From NCBI GenBank assembly GCA_964016885.1, contig OZ024740.1:60698001-60762000 (forward strand): a DNA stretch of 64,000 nt, given 5' to 3'. The stretch is from Eledone cirrhosa. Taxonomy: Eukaryota. The notes under the pieces were generated by a model. That model saw only the letters and a list, made by a program, of their open reading frames with translations. It had not been told where the DNA came from and did not search any database. How positions within the stretch are numbered: position 1 is the stretch's first letter; every line of letters begins with the position of its first letter. Shown one piece after another: positions 51,134-64,000 of this stretch. A program made the position numbers and the translations under genes.

Positions 51134-54100
51134 ATGAAAATGAATATGAATTCGCGAGCTACGAAGCACCCATGTGAAGCGTCAATTCAGAGACAGGAAG
51201 CATACACACACCCCTGCAAAAATCGACCCTTTCTCACAAATGTTGACAAATGCCCAAAACTCCGAGTTGGTACCATCAATGAAAGCACAATGAAAGGAAG
51301 AGCAGGAGAAATCGTAGAGATGCTAGAGCGAAAGGAAATTGATGTATGCTGTGTGCAAGAGACTAGATGGAGAGGAGAGTCTGCTAGAGTCCTTGTAGAA
51401 AAAAGTCAGTGCTACAAATTTTTCTGGGTGGGAAATGACGATGGAATGGGTGGTGTAGGTATTCTACTAGCTGACAAGTGGGTAGATAAAGTAATCTCAG
51501 TGAACAGGGTAAATGCAAGAATCATTAAACTCAGACTAGTCCTGAATAAAACAATTACCACAATAATATCAGCTTATGCACCCCAATTGGGGTTGCCAGA
51601 CGAACTTAAGGATAGGTTTTACGAGTCCCTAATGCACACTACTGCTCTAACAAACGACAATGACTTCCTAATCATTGCAGGAGATTTTAACGGACATGTA
51701 GGTAAACACCGTGATGGCTTCTATAGAGTCCATGGAAGCCATGGGGTTGGCACAAGAAATGAAGAAGGATTCAGGCTTCTAGAATTCTGCAACGCCAATG
51801 ACATGTTGATATGTAACACAAACTTCAAAAAACCCGACAACCACCTGATCACCTATAGATCAGGGGAGCATTCTAGTCAAATAGATTTTATCCTCATCAG
51901 AGGACGTGACAGATGAACGGTCGTAAACACAAAAGCCTTCCCTAGTGAGGAATGTACCTCCCAACATAGCTTAGTTGTCAGCGACCTCACGGTCAGAACT
52001 AGACGAACCTGGAAACAGAAGCCAACCTGGAGAAGAAAGATCTGGAAGCTGAAAGACCCCTCAGCCAGTAACAGATTTAAAGATATTTTACTCAACGCCT
52101 ATGACAGTAAAGAAGAACAGATAGAGACATTCAATGTAAAAGAGCACTGGGAATTCCTAAAAAATAACTTACTAGAGGCGACGGATGAGATCTGTGGCTG
52201 GAGTAAGACCACAGGCAGGCAGAGAGTGACTTGGTGGTGGAATAATAAGATAGATGAGGCAGTTAAGGCCAAGAGACAGGCATGGAAAGAATGGAAGAAC
52301 AGGGGAAGCAGGGTACATTACATAGAGACCAGGAGGGAAGCTAGGCGACAAGTATACTTAGCTAGGAGAGAAGCAGAGGATAGAAAATTCAAGCATGTTT
52401 TGCAACGTGAGGACCAGAAACAGGAGGTGTTCAAGATTGTGCAGCAGTGTGTCAGAGAGAATTGTGATGTCATTGGAGAGAAGTGTATCCGGAATGATAA
52501 AGGTGAGCTTGCTCTCACAAGTGCTAAGAAGAAAGATGCGTGGAAGAGCCATTATGATAGATTATTAAATGAGGAGAATGCATGGGAAGAAGAGACCCTA
52601 CCCCAAGTAGACCCTATAGAGGAGCCAGCAGTACAAGTCAGCAGCAGCGTAGTAAGTAAGGCAATCAAAGATATGAAGATGGAGAAGGCAACCGGTCCAT
52701 CGAGTATAGCTGCCAAGATGCTGAAAGCAACTGGATCGGTAGGTGACACCATAACCACACGTATTGTTAACCAGGTAATACTAGGTGTCATACCAAAGGA
52801 TTGGTGCAGTAGCATCATTGACAACTGCTACAAAGGTAAATGTGATGCACTAGATAGAAGAAACTATAGAGGTATAAAGTTGATGGACCAGGTCATGAAA
52901 GTAACAGAAAGAGTTATAGCACAGTTGATTAGGGACCGGGTGAAACTAGATGAAATGCAATTTGGGTTTGTGCCAGGAAGAGGCACCACTGATGCCCTCT
53001 TCCTTGTGAAGCAGTTACAGGAAAAGTACCTAGCTAAAAGTAAGCCATTCTACCTGGCATTCTTCAATCTCGAGAAAGCCTTTGACAGAGTTCCCCATGC
53101 TATAATCTGGTGGGCTCTTAGAAAACTAAGAGTAGATGAATGGCTTGTGAAAGCTGTACAAGACATGTATACAGGAGCAGTCAGCAAAGTTAGGATTAGC
53201 AATGAGTATAACGAGGAATTTAGCGTACAGGTCGGTGTCCACCAGGGCTCTGTTCTTAGCCCTCTCCTGTTCATCATAGCAAGCAATAACAGAGGCGTCC
53301 TGCAAGCAATAACAGAGGCGTTTAAGACTGGATGCCCATGGGAACTCCTGTATGCAGATGACCTCACACTTATAGCTGAATCTATGGTAGAACTAGAGAA
53401 GAAATTCCAAACTTGGAAGCAGGGACTAGAAAGAAAGGGTCTCAAAGTCAACCTGACAAAGACTAAGGTCCTTGTAAGTAGACGAGAAAACAGAACCCAG
53501 ATCCCCTCAGGGAAATGGCCTTGCTCAGTATGTAGGAAAGGTGTAGTTAGGAACTCCATTCTCTGCCCCAAATGCAAATAATGGGTACACAAGAGATGTA
53601 GCAGGATCTCAGGAAGCTTAATTAAGAATGTAGGCTTCACATGTAACAGTTGTGCTGGGACAGCAAGCAGCAGACAGCCACAGAAAACAAGTACCACCAA
53701 ACTCTGGGAGGGCTCTGTAGAAACAGTAGACAGCGTCTGCTACTTAGGTGACCGAATTAGCAGCGGAAGTGGGTGTTCGGAAAGTATAATAACTAGGGTA
53801 AGAACGGGATGGAAGAAGTTCAGGGAGTAACTGCCACTGCTAGCTGCAAAAGGCTTTTCCCTCAAAATGAAAGGCAGACTGTATGATGCATGTATACGAA
53901 CAGCAATGTTACATGGTAGTGAGCCCAGGGCGCTGTTTGTGGAAGACTTGCGTGGATTAGAAAGAAACGAAGCCTGCATGCTCCGATGGATGTGTAATAG
54001 TAATATACGCGAACGACAAATCATAAGTGAATTGAGAGACTGAGTATAAGAGGAATCAAATGCTGTGTGCAGGAGAGGCAGTTGCGTTGGTATGGACATG

Positions 54101-54615
54101 TGATGTGTATGAAGGATGACAGCTGCATAAAAAGGTGCAGAGCACTAGAAGTCGATGGAAACCGCGGAGTGGGGAGACTCAAGAAGACCTGGGATGAGGT
54201 GATAAAAGCCGACCTTACCCAATTACACCTCTCAAAGGCGATGACACATGACCGTGACCTCTGGCATCACGCAGTAATACAGGAGACCTGACCCCCCCAC
54301 AGGTACAAGCCAAAGCTGAAGCATATAGACAATATATCCCACACCTTCCCACTGCAAAGTGGTTGTGGAGGTGCCACGGCAAAAAAGCACCCAGCCCACA
54401 CTGTAAAGTGGACGTGTAGACGCCACGGAAAAAAGCACCCAGCACTCACTGTAAATGAGGTTGGTGTTAGGAAAGGCATCCAGCTGTAGAAATCAAGCCA
54501 GAATCAGTTCCCGTATGAGCAAGGCAAGGTCAGCCGACCGGACACTGCTATACAACAGGACAACCCATCTAACCCATGCTAGTGTGGAAGAACGGACGTA
54601 AAACGGTGATGATGA
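51134..54615 (+). mobile_element. Near-full-length RTE-B LINE (AP endonuclease + RT + Cys/His finger), inactivated by stops and frameshifts
   Basis: APE motifs VQETRW, SAYAPQ, AGDFNGHVG, QIDFIL. RT motifs NYRGIKL, QFGF, QGSVLSPLLF, YADD. In-frame stops at ~51914, 53579 and 53828. 3'UTR and (GAT)n tail. Confidence 0.95.
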
Positions 54616-55007
54616 TATCACCTCTGTTATGGTCATAATATATATATTATATATCACCCTCATCATCATTTTACCATACTAGCACAATATTTCACCATTT
54701 GTTGTCCATTGTCATCTTAATAAAGTTCTGCCTCTTGATACCAAGTTTCAGCTCTTTTCTCATGGACATACAATTAGATGTATTAATTTTCACAACCCTT
54801 GTGTTGATAGTTAATTAAGATACATATTAAGAAATAAGCTAAACAGACAAAGTGTACAATAAGGTTATATCTACATGTATACAGAGTGAGTAACTGAGAC
54901 TGCACCAAAGTATATATAAATACACACATAATTTTAATACGTAGATTACCCACTCCATATTTATAAAGATATAACTTTATCATACATGCCAGCTGCTTGC
55001 TGCACTT

Positions 55008-55203
55008 CATCATCATCATCGTTTAACATCCATCTTCCACACTAGCATGGGTTAGACGGGAATTGTCCCACTTGAGGCAAGATTGGTCGGGTGACCGTGT
55101 CTCGCTCGTATAGGTCTATCTGGCAGGTTTTCTATGGCTGGATGCCCTTCCTAACACCAACCACATTTACAGTGTGGACTGGGAGCTTTTTATCGTGTTA
55201 CAG
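55008..55203 (-). mobile_element. RTE 3'UTR fragment
   Basis: (CAT)n tail plus a 3'UTR match. Confidence 0.8.
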
Positions 55204-55789
55204 GGAGAGAGAGAAAGAGAGATAAGGAAATAAAAGTACAGCATCAGAGAACAACACACAGCAACATTGCAATAACAGTATATTTGTTTAAAATGTGTAT
55301 ATATATATATGTATGAGCACACATACATACAATGTTTTACATCAATTTTCATATTTGCATAGGTGGAGATAGTTTATTTGTTGGAGCAATTATTTTTACA
55401 GCTGGCAGCCCTTCCTGGATATCTAGCCATTTAACCATGAAATAAATGTAGAGCCTCTTCCCTATTTAGCAACAGTAGTAAAATTTAAAATTTGAAATGG
55501 GTTTTAACAAATGTGCATTGTATATAAAATGTGGAGAGGGTGTATGTGGGAGGGGTGTGCATGCATAAAATCTGCATATTTCCCTGTATGTTACAAAATG
55601 TACATTTGTGTATTTGTTTGTATGTATTTATGTTACATTATATAAGAGCTTATGAAATATATTATATAGTTATAGGTGTGTATATGTTTGTATATGCATA
55701 CATATATGTATATATATTTATACATGCAGCTGTTGCTTCTTCTTTTTCCTAAGAGGGTTGGTGGGGCAGAGTTCTCAAGCAAGTCTTCC

Positions 55790-58700
55790 AGAGGGTCATA
55801 TCAGAAATGTTTTAAAATGTTATCTAATCATCTTGTGGCCTACCTCTGAGTCTTCTGCAGTTAGATTTGCCCATAAATTCTGTCTAGTGATTCTATCCTT
55901 AGACATTCTAACCACATGTCTATAGTACCATCTCTCGATGCAGAAAAATACTGAATCCCTAATCTCTGGATCACAGACCCTATTGAGTAATATTACTCCA
56001 AAAACCTTTCATAGGAACCCCATTTCAGCTGTTTATATTCACAATCATATTCTCTCAGATTCATAACCATTGTTAAGAGTAAGCAGAAACCAAAATTGAA
56101 CATAGCAAGTTTGGCTTTTACACTTACCTCCCTTCTTCTGATAACAGAAGGATGAAGCTGGCACATTATTGTATCAATTCCAGTTTTTACATTTAATTCA
56201 GCCTCCTGCCTTGCCTCACTCATGAAAACAGCTCAGAGATACTTAAACTGCTCCACCTGTTTCAGTGGAACTCCACTCACATACAGAGTGCACAGTCATC
56301 ACAACACTGATTTTTAATTCCTGCTTTGCGGCACTAGGCCATAAACCTATCCAATGCAAGTCAAAGATTTACCTTCCAATGAGTAAATTAGAACCATATC
56401 ATCTGCAAATAGCAGTGGAATGATCCTACACCCACCACTTCCAACATGGCTGCACATCTGTTCAATGAAGATTATGAACTGGGGAGCTGATAATACACAA
56501 TCTTGGCAGAGTTTGAGACTTACATTGAATGGTTTCAACTTAGCATTTATCTGAGAAGCAATAAAAAGCTGTCCATTGATCCCATACTCTTGCAGAACCT
56601 TCCATAACAAGCCTTGTGGAATGTGGTCATATGCCTTTTCGCAGTCCACAAACAGGCATACACCTCTTAACAATACTCCCAAGATTTCTCAGAGACCTGC
56701 CATCATCATCATCAACGTTTAATGTCCGTGTTCCACGCTTGCATGGGTTTGGACGGGGGTTTTCCCACTTGAGGCAAGAGTGATTATCTTGCTCGCATAG
56801 GACTATCTGGCGGGTTTTCTACAGCTGGATGCCCTTCCTAACACCAACCACATTTACAGTGTGGGGCTGGGAGGTTTTTACCGTGTTGCCTACGCGGCCA
56901 CATTACAGCGTGGACTGTCTGGCGGGTTTTCTACAGTTGGATGCCCTTCCTAACACCAACCACATTTACAGTGTGGGGCTGGGAGGTTTTTACCGTGTTG
57001 CCTACACGGCCACATTACAGCATGAACTGTGTTTTTTTGTCGTGACACCTACACAATCTCATTTGTTTCAGCCTGGATTTTGTGGCACCAACATAATTTT
57101 ACATTGAAAGGGGCGGTGTAGATGGGGGTGGGGGTTGGGACGGGGGTGTATTTTGTTAAAGATGCCTACTGACTGTAGTAGGTTTTACTTTGTATTTAGG
57201 TAAGGCGGGTCTTCTCTATTACTGAGTACCGCCAAAGGTCTCGGTCCAGTGACATTGTCTTGGAGAGGTGTAAGTGTGTGAGGTCGGAATTTATCAGCTC
57301 GTCCCAGGTTTTTCTGGGTCTGCCTATTCCGTGGCTACCGTCTATCTTTATTGCCCTGCACTTTGTTATACAGCTATCGTCTTTCATGCGCACCACGTGA
57401 CCATACCAACGTAGCCTTCTCTCGAGTAAACAACATCTGATCCCTCTTATTCCTAATTTCTCCCTTAGTTCGTTTATGCTTTGCCGTTCACGTATATTAC
57501 TATTACTCATCCAGCGGAGCATGCAAGCTTCGTTCCTCTCTAGTCTGCGTATATCCTCTGCACACAATGCCCAGGTCTCACTACCATGTAACATTGCTGT
57601 TTGTATGCAGGCATCATACAGCCTGCCTTTCATTTTTAGAGAGACCCCTTTAGCGGCCAATAGTGGTATAAGCTCTCTGAACTTTTTCCATCCAGTTCTG
57701 ACTCTAGCTACTGTACTTTCAGAGCACCCTCCCCCACTGCTGATTTTGTCACCCAGGTAACGGAAGCTGTCCACTATTTCTATAGAACCCTCTGCACAGT
57801 TGAAAGAGCTAGTATTTTGTGGGCACTTGCTGCTACTTATTGCACCAGAGCACCGGCCACATGTAAAATCTATGTTCTTAGTTAGCTTACCTGTGATCCC
57901 ACTACATCTTTTATGCACCCATACTTTGCATTTGGGACACAAAATGGAGTTTCTACCTACGCCTTTCCTACACACTGAGCATGGCCACTTCCCGGAAGGG
58001 ACCGCCGCCTTATTTTCTTTCTTACAAACTAGAACTTTAGTCTTAGCCAGGTTAATTTTAAGGCCTTTTGATTCTAGGCCGTGCTTCCATGTTTGGAATT
58101 TCTTCTCTAGCTCGGCCATTGATTCAGCTATGAGTGTTAGGTCATCTGCGTATAGGAGTTCCCATGGGCAACCGGTCTTGAACTCCTCTGTTATAGCCTG
58201 AAGGGCAATAATAAATAGTAGGGGGCTGAGAACAGAGCCCTGATGGACGCCAACTTTTACGCTAAACTCTTCATTATATTCGTTGTTAATTCTAACCTTG
58301 CTGACTGTTTCTTTATACATGGCTTGTATAGCTCTCACAAGCCATTCATCACCACCTAGTTTTCTAAGGGCCCACCAGATAATCGAACGGGGGACTCTGT
58401 CGAAGGCTTTCTCCAAGTCGACAAAAGCTAAGTATAGGAGTTTACTTTTAGCTAGGTACTTCTCCTGTAGTTGTCGTACAATGAAAAGAGCGTCTGTGGT
58501 ACTTTTGCCTGACACAAACCCGAACTGCATTTCATCTAGATCAATTCGCTCTCTGATTAGTTGCGCTATTACTTTTTCCGTGACCTTCATGACCTGGTCG
58601 ATTAATTTAATGCCTCTATAGTTACTCCTATCTAGGGCATCTCCTTTACCCTTATAACAGTTAACGATGATGCTGCTACGCCAGTCCTTTGGAACAACCC

Positions 58701-60730
58701 CATTCTGTACGACTTGGTTAATTATCCGGGTGACCATGGTGTGTCCCACCGTACCAGATGCCTTCAGCATCTCGGCAACTATTTCTGAAGGCCCAGCCGC
58801 CTTATCCGTCTTCATATCTTTGATTGCCTTACTTATTATACTACCCTCGACTAACACTGCTGGTCCCTCTATTGGGTCGATGTGGGGGAGACTGTCTTTC
58901 TCCCATTTATTCTCCTCATTTAGTAGCCTTTCATAGTGACACTTCCAAGCTACCTTCTTATCAGCGTCGGTGATGGCAAGTACGCCGTCATCATTAAGTA
59001 CACACTTCTCCCCGACAATATCACGGTTTTCCTTGACACATTGCCTAGCAATCCTGAACACCTCACTTGAACTTTCTTTCCTCTGCTTCCCTTCTTGCGA
59101 AGTACACTTGTCTCCTAGCTTCCCTCCTGGCCACTTGATAGTCTTCTCTACTTCCCCCATCCCGCCATACTTTCCAAGCCTGCTTTTTGGCCTTAATTGA
59201 CACCTCCACCTTACTGTTCCACCACCATGTTACTCTCCTCCTGCCTACAGGCCTGCTCCAGCCACAGACTTCGTCTGCCGCCATCAGCAGGTTTGCTTTC
59301 AGGAATTCCCACTGCTCCTCTATATTGTACGACTCTAATTGCTCTTCGTTACTGTCGAAAGCATCAAGTAGTATACTTTTGAATTTATTTCTGGCTGTGG
59401 GGTCCTTTAGCTTCCATATTTTTCTCCTGAGGATAGTCCTCTTCTGTTGTCTAGTACGTCTCGTCCTGACTATTAGGTCGCTAATTATCAGTCTATGTTG
59501 GGAGGTGCATTCTTCATGGGGGAGGGATTTAGTGTTTACAACAGACACTCTGTCACGTCTTCTGGTAAGGATATAATCTACCTGGCTTGTGTGTTCCCCC
59601 GATCTATAGGTGATCAGGTGATTGTCACGTTTTTTTAAGTTAGTGTTACAGATAGTTAGGTTATTTGCGTCACAGAATTCCAGGACTCTGGAGCCTTCCT
59701 CATTTCTAGTACCAAACCCATAGCCTCCATGGATTTCATCGTAGCCGTCACAATGTTGTCCAACGTGACCATTTAGGTCGCCTGCAATAATTATATAGTC
59801 ACTGTCGGTTATTTGGGAGGTAGTGAGCATCAGTGTCTCATAGAATCTGTCTTTTATAGTGCCGGGCAGTCCGGATTGGGATGCGTACGCAGATATTACT
59901 GTCACCGTAGTTCTATTGAGGACAAGTCTTATTTTAATTATTCTGTCGTTCACTCACAGAGTGAATATTCTTTCAGTTATTCTGGGGCAAAAACCACACT
60001 GTTCATCAGGTAGTTTGGAATCGATAATATCCCTATATTTCTTTTCTAGACACTTAGCCTTGACTTTTCCAGGGAGGCTTAACAAGATATAACTAATGCA
60101 ATCTCTCTTGTCTCCCTTTTTTGAAATTTGGGATTATCATTCCCGATTGTCATTGCTTTGGTGCCTTTTCAGAAATCCAGGCCACCTGGCAAACAGAAGT
60201 CAGCCAGAGCATATCATCTTTGTTTAAGGCTTTTAACATTTAGAGCTGAATTTCATCTTCCCCAGAGGCCTTGACATATTTGAACACTTTAACTACTTTA
60301 GTGACCTCAGCCTCCTGGGGGTTAGTCTTCAACCCTGAATGCACCTCATGTACATCAGACAATGTTGTTTTGACTGGATTGCACCTATCTTAGTTCCAAC
60401 AGAGGCAAATAGTTCCATCCCATTCTTATTCATGTTACCATATTTTGAAGACACTCCTCACTACATGACCTAGGTGATTGAAACTATCAACTATTTTTAT
60501 GAGGCCTTTCAAGCATTTGAAAGAGTTTATTTCATGCTTGTACTTGTTGCTATTTAGTACTGTGGTGCATCTGCCACATACAAAGACTTCCTATTTAGTC
60601 AGCTGGCCTGGTATTCCACTATATTTCTTGCGCACTTATAGTTTATATTGAGTACACAATATGTAGTTACTACATATCAAGCACAGTCATTTCTGAGAAA
60701 GCCGCAGATTCCTCCCTTCTTTCTTGATAA
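55790..60730 (-). mobile_element. Old decayed RTE family D, split by the RTE-A insertion (parts ~55790-56699 and ~59955-60730)
   Basis: The minus strand reads FKKGDKRDC..Y..LLSLPGKV...DEQCGF..IFTL up to 59955, and resumes QVSEKSWEY..FVDCEKAYD...LFADD below 56700. Confidence 0.75.
56700..59954 (-). mobile_element. Near-full-length RTE-A LINE, 5'-truncated within the endonuclease, one frameshift
   Basis: ORFs 59063..59953 (APE: AGDLNGHVG, QVDYIL, SQHRL) and 57196..59160 (RT: FVDLEKAFD, YADD). 3'UTR has a duplicated module and a (CAT)n tail. Confidence 0.96.
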
Positions 60731-60989
60731 CTTTATTTTGCAGCCCCTCAATTTTAACTTTGGAATTTCTTCAATAAATCTTCATCAGATTCAGCTATTA
60801 GAGCCAGGTCATGTGACATAGATAATGGAATGGAAGCAATCTAATCACTCATGCTTTGAATAAAGGGTTTGATTTAAAATTTCATGTACATTATTCCATA
60901 TTGTTCCTGGAATTCCAAACCAAACCCTTTATTCAAATCAAATACAACAGACCCCTGAAAACAATCAAAGAATACAACAGTTAAATTAA

Positions 60990-61548
60990 TAGTTTCTACT
61001 TTTGACACAAGGCCAGCAATTATCCCAATACGTTACTGGTACTTTATTTTATCGACCCCGTAAGGATGAAAGGCAAAGTTAACCTCGGCGGGATTTGAAC
61101 TCAGACCGTAAAGGGTTATAACTCTATGCTGCAAAGTATGGTGTCTGACCCTCTACCAATACTGCCAATCCACCACCCTTACAACAGTCAAAATAATAAT
61201 AATCATTTCTAATTTAGGCACAAGGCCAACAGGGAAAAGTCGATTAAATTGACCCCTATGTGTTACTGGTACTTTATTTTATCAACCCCGTAAGGATGAA
61301 GGGCAACACTAACCTCGGTGGGATTAGCTTTACCTCAATAATAATTGTTTCTACTTTTGGCACAAGGCCAGCAATTACCCAGTGTATTACTGGTACTTTA
61401 TTTTATCGACCCCGTAAGGATGAAAGGCAAAGTTAACCTCGGCGGGATTTGAATTCAGAATGGCAAGGGCCGTAACTCAATGTGTCAAAGCATGACATCT
61501 GAACCTCTACCGATACTGCCAATCCACCGCTTTACCTCAATAATAATA
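60990..61548 (-). mobile_element. Three adjacent SINE family 2 copies in the same orientation
   Basis: The core ttttatc(g/a)accccgtaaggatgaa occurs at ~61047, 61277 and 61401. Confidence 0.85.
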
Positions 61549-63034
61549 ACCTCAATGAGGACACAAACTGGAATAAATCAGTTTATAATAGTCATAATTC
61601 CTTATCCTGGAAATTTAGATAAAATGTATTTCTTTCCAACTAGTCAATTATTAATAGCCATTTATTGTTGAATTTGTGGTTATGTATTCTAGGTAGTGAA
61701 AAAATGTGTGTGTGCTCGCGTGCTTGTGTGTGTGTGTGTGTGTGTGTCAGTGATGGTTTCCATAGCTCTCAGAGTAAATCTTCACTATTTAAGGGTTAGT
61801 TTGTCTCATGGCCCCAGTAGACAGAATGGAGAAGAAGTTGCCCCAGAGGATGTCAAGGGAGTCATGCTGGAACAGCCACTTCATCTTGCAGAGCTCGCTC
61901 TTATGAGTAGCTAACTCTATCCCTAGAAATCTGTAAGTTTCAACTGCATCCTAAAGCTCAAATGTTAAAACAATTTGGGATTGATGGTGGTGGAGGGTAG
62001 TGTGTATGTAGAAGAGGATGAGATGAATTCTAAACAGTGTGAATATTTGAATGTAAGTATAAGTGTATATACAAAGGCAAGAGACAAGAAGAGTCACTGG
62101 TTGATGTATGAATGAATTTGTAAGTAATTCCATATAATTAAGTGGGTGTGTGTTTTAAGTGCCTGGAGTGCAGTGGGGTTGGCTGAAATGTCAAGGAGCA
62201 GAGGGCTTGGTGGAAAGGGATAACAATTTATGGTTGAGTGCTTTTGTAACTATATTCACATGAATGAATAGCAACATTATCATATAGGTTAACTGAATAC
62301 AGATAGGAATGTGTAGAGAATATATGTAATATGAATTACATAGCCATTTATAAAAGGACAGTTGAGAATTAGAGATCATGGTATGAATACTTCAACCTTG
62401 AATACAGATGTGTAACTTTATGTAATGTTTATAAGAGTTGTAATTTATTGGACTATTAACCCCTTATTTAGAGATAAAACACTTCTTAATATTCACATCT
62501 ATACTGCTTTGATTGGTTTCATCTTTGATCATCATCCGATTAGGCGATAGAGCATATGCTATTTAGAAGCTTAGTTCCTGGTTTTCATGGTCTGATGCAT
62601 GTATATTAGTAGTGTGCAAGAATGACAAGGCATAAATGGACTGAAAGGAAAATTTGACATGAGAGATATCGGATGCAGGTCATGAGTTCAATTCCCAGAC
62701 CAGGTGCTGCTTTGTGCCCTTGAGCTATATATATATATGAGAGAAAGAGAGAGTGTGTATGTGTGTGTGTGTGTGTGGGGGGGTTCTTGCTCTCTCTACA
62801 CACACAAACAAAGCTGATTTTTTTCCCTGAATTGCAATGTTACTCTAAAAACAATAGTTGTGGTACAGAAGGCATGCATGGTATTAAGTGTTACCCATGC
62901 TGCCAAGCTATTACCAAATATTGATCTCAATGATAGACCAATAATAGGTATTGTAATGTTTTAATGAGGAAATTAATAGTTGTACAAAAAGACCTGACTT
63001 CTGAGGCCTTTATTCAAACTATTATTCTTAAACA

Positions 63035-64000
63035 AGGAAGAGGCCTGGAAATGTTACTATGAGAGGCTAATGAATGTGGAGAATGAATGGGTGGAAAAGA
63101 GACTTCCCCCAATGTACCCAATGGAGGTACCAGCCATTGAAATTGATAGTTATAGAGTCAAGGAAGCAATCAAACAAATGAAGAATGGTAATGCCACAGG
63201 ATCATCAGAGATAGTTGCCGAGATGTTAAAAGCTGAACAACCCACACAGTCAGTCAAGTAATACAAGACAGAGTCTGCTTGTCAAAAGTACTACAGATGC
63301 CTTCTTCTTCAGGAAACAACTACAAGAGAAATTACTAGCCAAGAATAAACTGCTATATTTAGCTTTTGTTGATCTAGAAAAGGCCTTTGACAGAGTACCT
63401 TGATCTATTATTTGGTGGTCCTTAATGAAATTGTAGAAGAATGGCTTGTGAGAAAAGTCCTTTGCATGCTATGTACAGAGGAGCTCTAAGTAAAGGGAGA
63501 GTAGGAAGTGAGTTTAGTGAGGAATTAAAAGTACAGGTAGGTTCTCGGCCCATTGCTGTTCCTCATAGTTCTCTAGGCCATAAAAGAGGAGATAAGCATT
63601 GACTGTCCATGGGAACTTCTCTATGCAAATGATCTGGTCCTTATAACTGAATCCATAAAAGAACTAAAGAATAAGTTCTGATGGTGGAAAAAGAATTTAC
63701 AATCAAATGGGTTGAGAGTAAACTTAGAAAAAACTAGTGTTAGTAAGCAGGAAAGAAGACAAACCCTGATTCCATCAGAGAAATGGCTCTGCTCAATATG
63801 CAGAAAGGGATTAGGCAAGACCTGTATACACAATGCAAACCTTGGATACATAAGAGGTGAAGTGGGATAGCAGGTAGACTAATAGGAAAGGAAGTTTTCA
63901 GATACACAGGAGTAATCAATGGAAAGAATGTCAGTAATATAAACCTTTTCCAATCAAATGAAAGATCCAGAGAAGTGGTTGAGAGCTTCTGTTGCCTAGA
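63035..64000 (+). mobile_element. Decayed RTE LINE related to families A/B, running off the window
   Basis: WKCYYERLMNVENEW, AFVDLEKAFDRVP, CPWELLYAND, WLCSICRKG, with many stops and deletions. Confidence 0.88.

Noticed and set aside
59960-60015. Minus-strand CTGATGA...GAAA resembling a hammerhead
   Set aside because: No valid UH site or stem I; the sequence is coding remnant of the old RTE RT (…LPDEQCGF…IFTL).

Overview
AT-rich, microsatellite-dense animal genomic DNA. The repeat content suggests a cephalopod such as Octopus; this is an inference. Only one host protein-coding exon is recognisable: 41670-42408 (+), the N-terminal part of a type II membrane protein ending in GIFWSSAIENLVPK|G, which matches the four-jointed/FJX1 Golgi kinase family. 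The rest is intronic or intergenic and filled with transposons. These include several RTE-clade LINE families (my labels A-D; two near-full-length copies), a CR1-like 3' end, two tRNA-derived SINE families, two non-autonomous Helitrons, TA- and TTAA-type MITEs, and minisatellites built from the RTE 3'UTR. The main observation is invisible to the ORF track: about a dozen type I hammerhead ribozyme motifs (CUGANGA-stem II-GAAA-stem III-UH) from many unrelated sequence families. Most lie in short elements next to (TA)n runs, and several of these are 120-800 bp fold-back palindromes whose arm ends or symmetry centre fall inside the ribozyme. They resemble Penelope-like pLTR or retrozyme-type elements. 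All alignments were done by eye, so coordinates may be off by a few bases.
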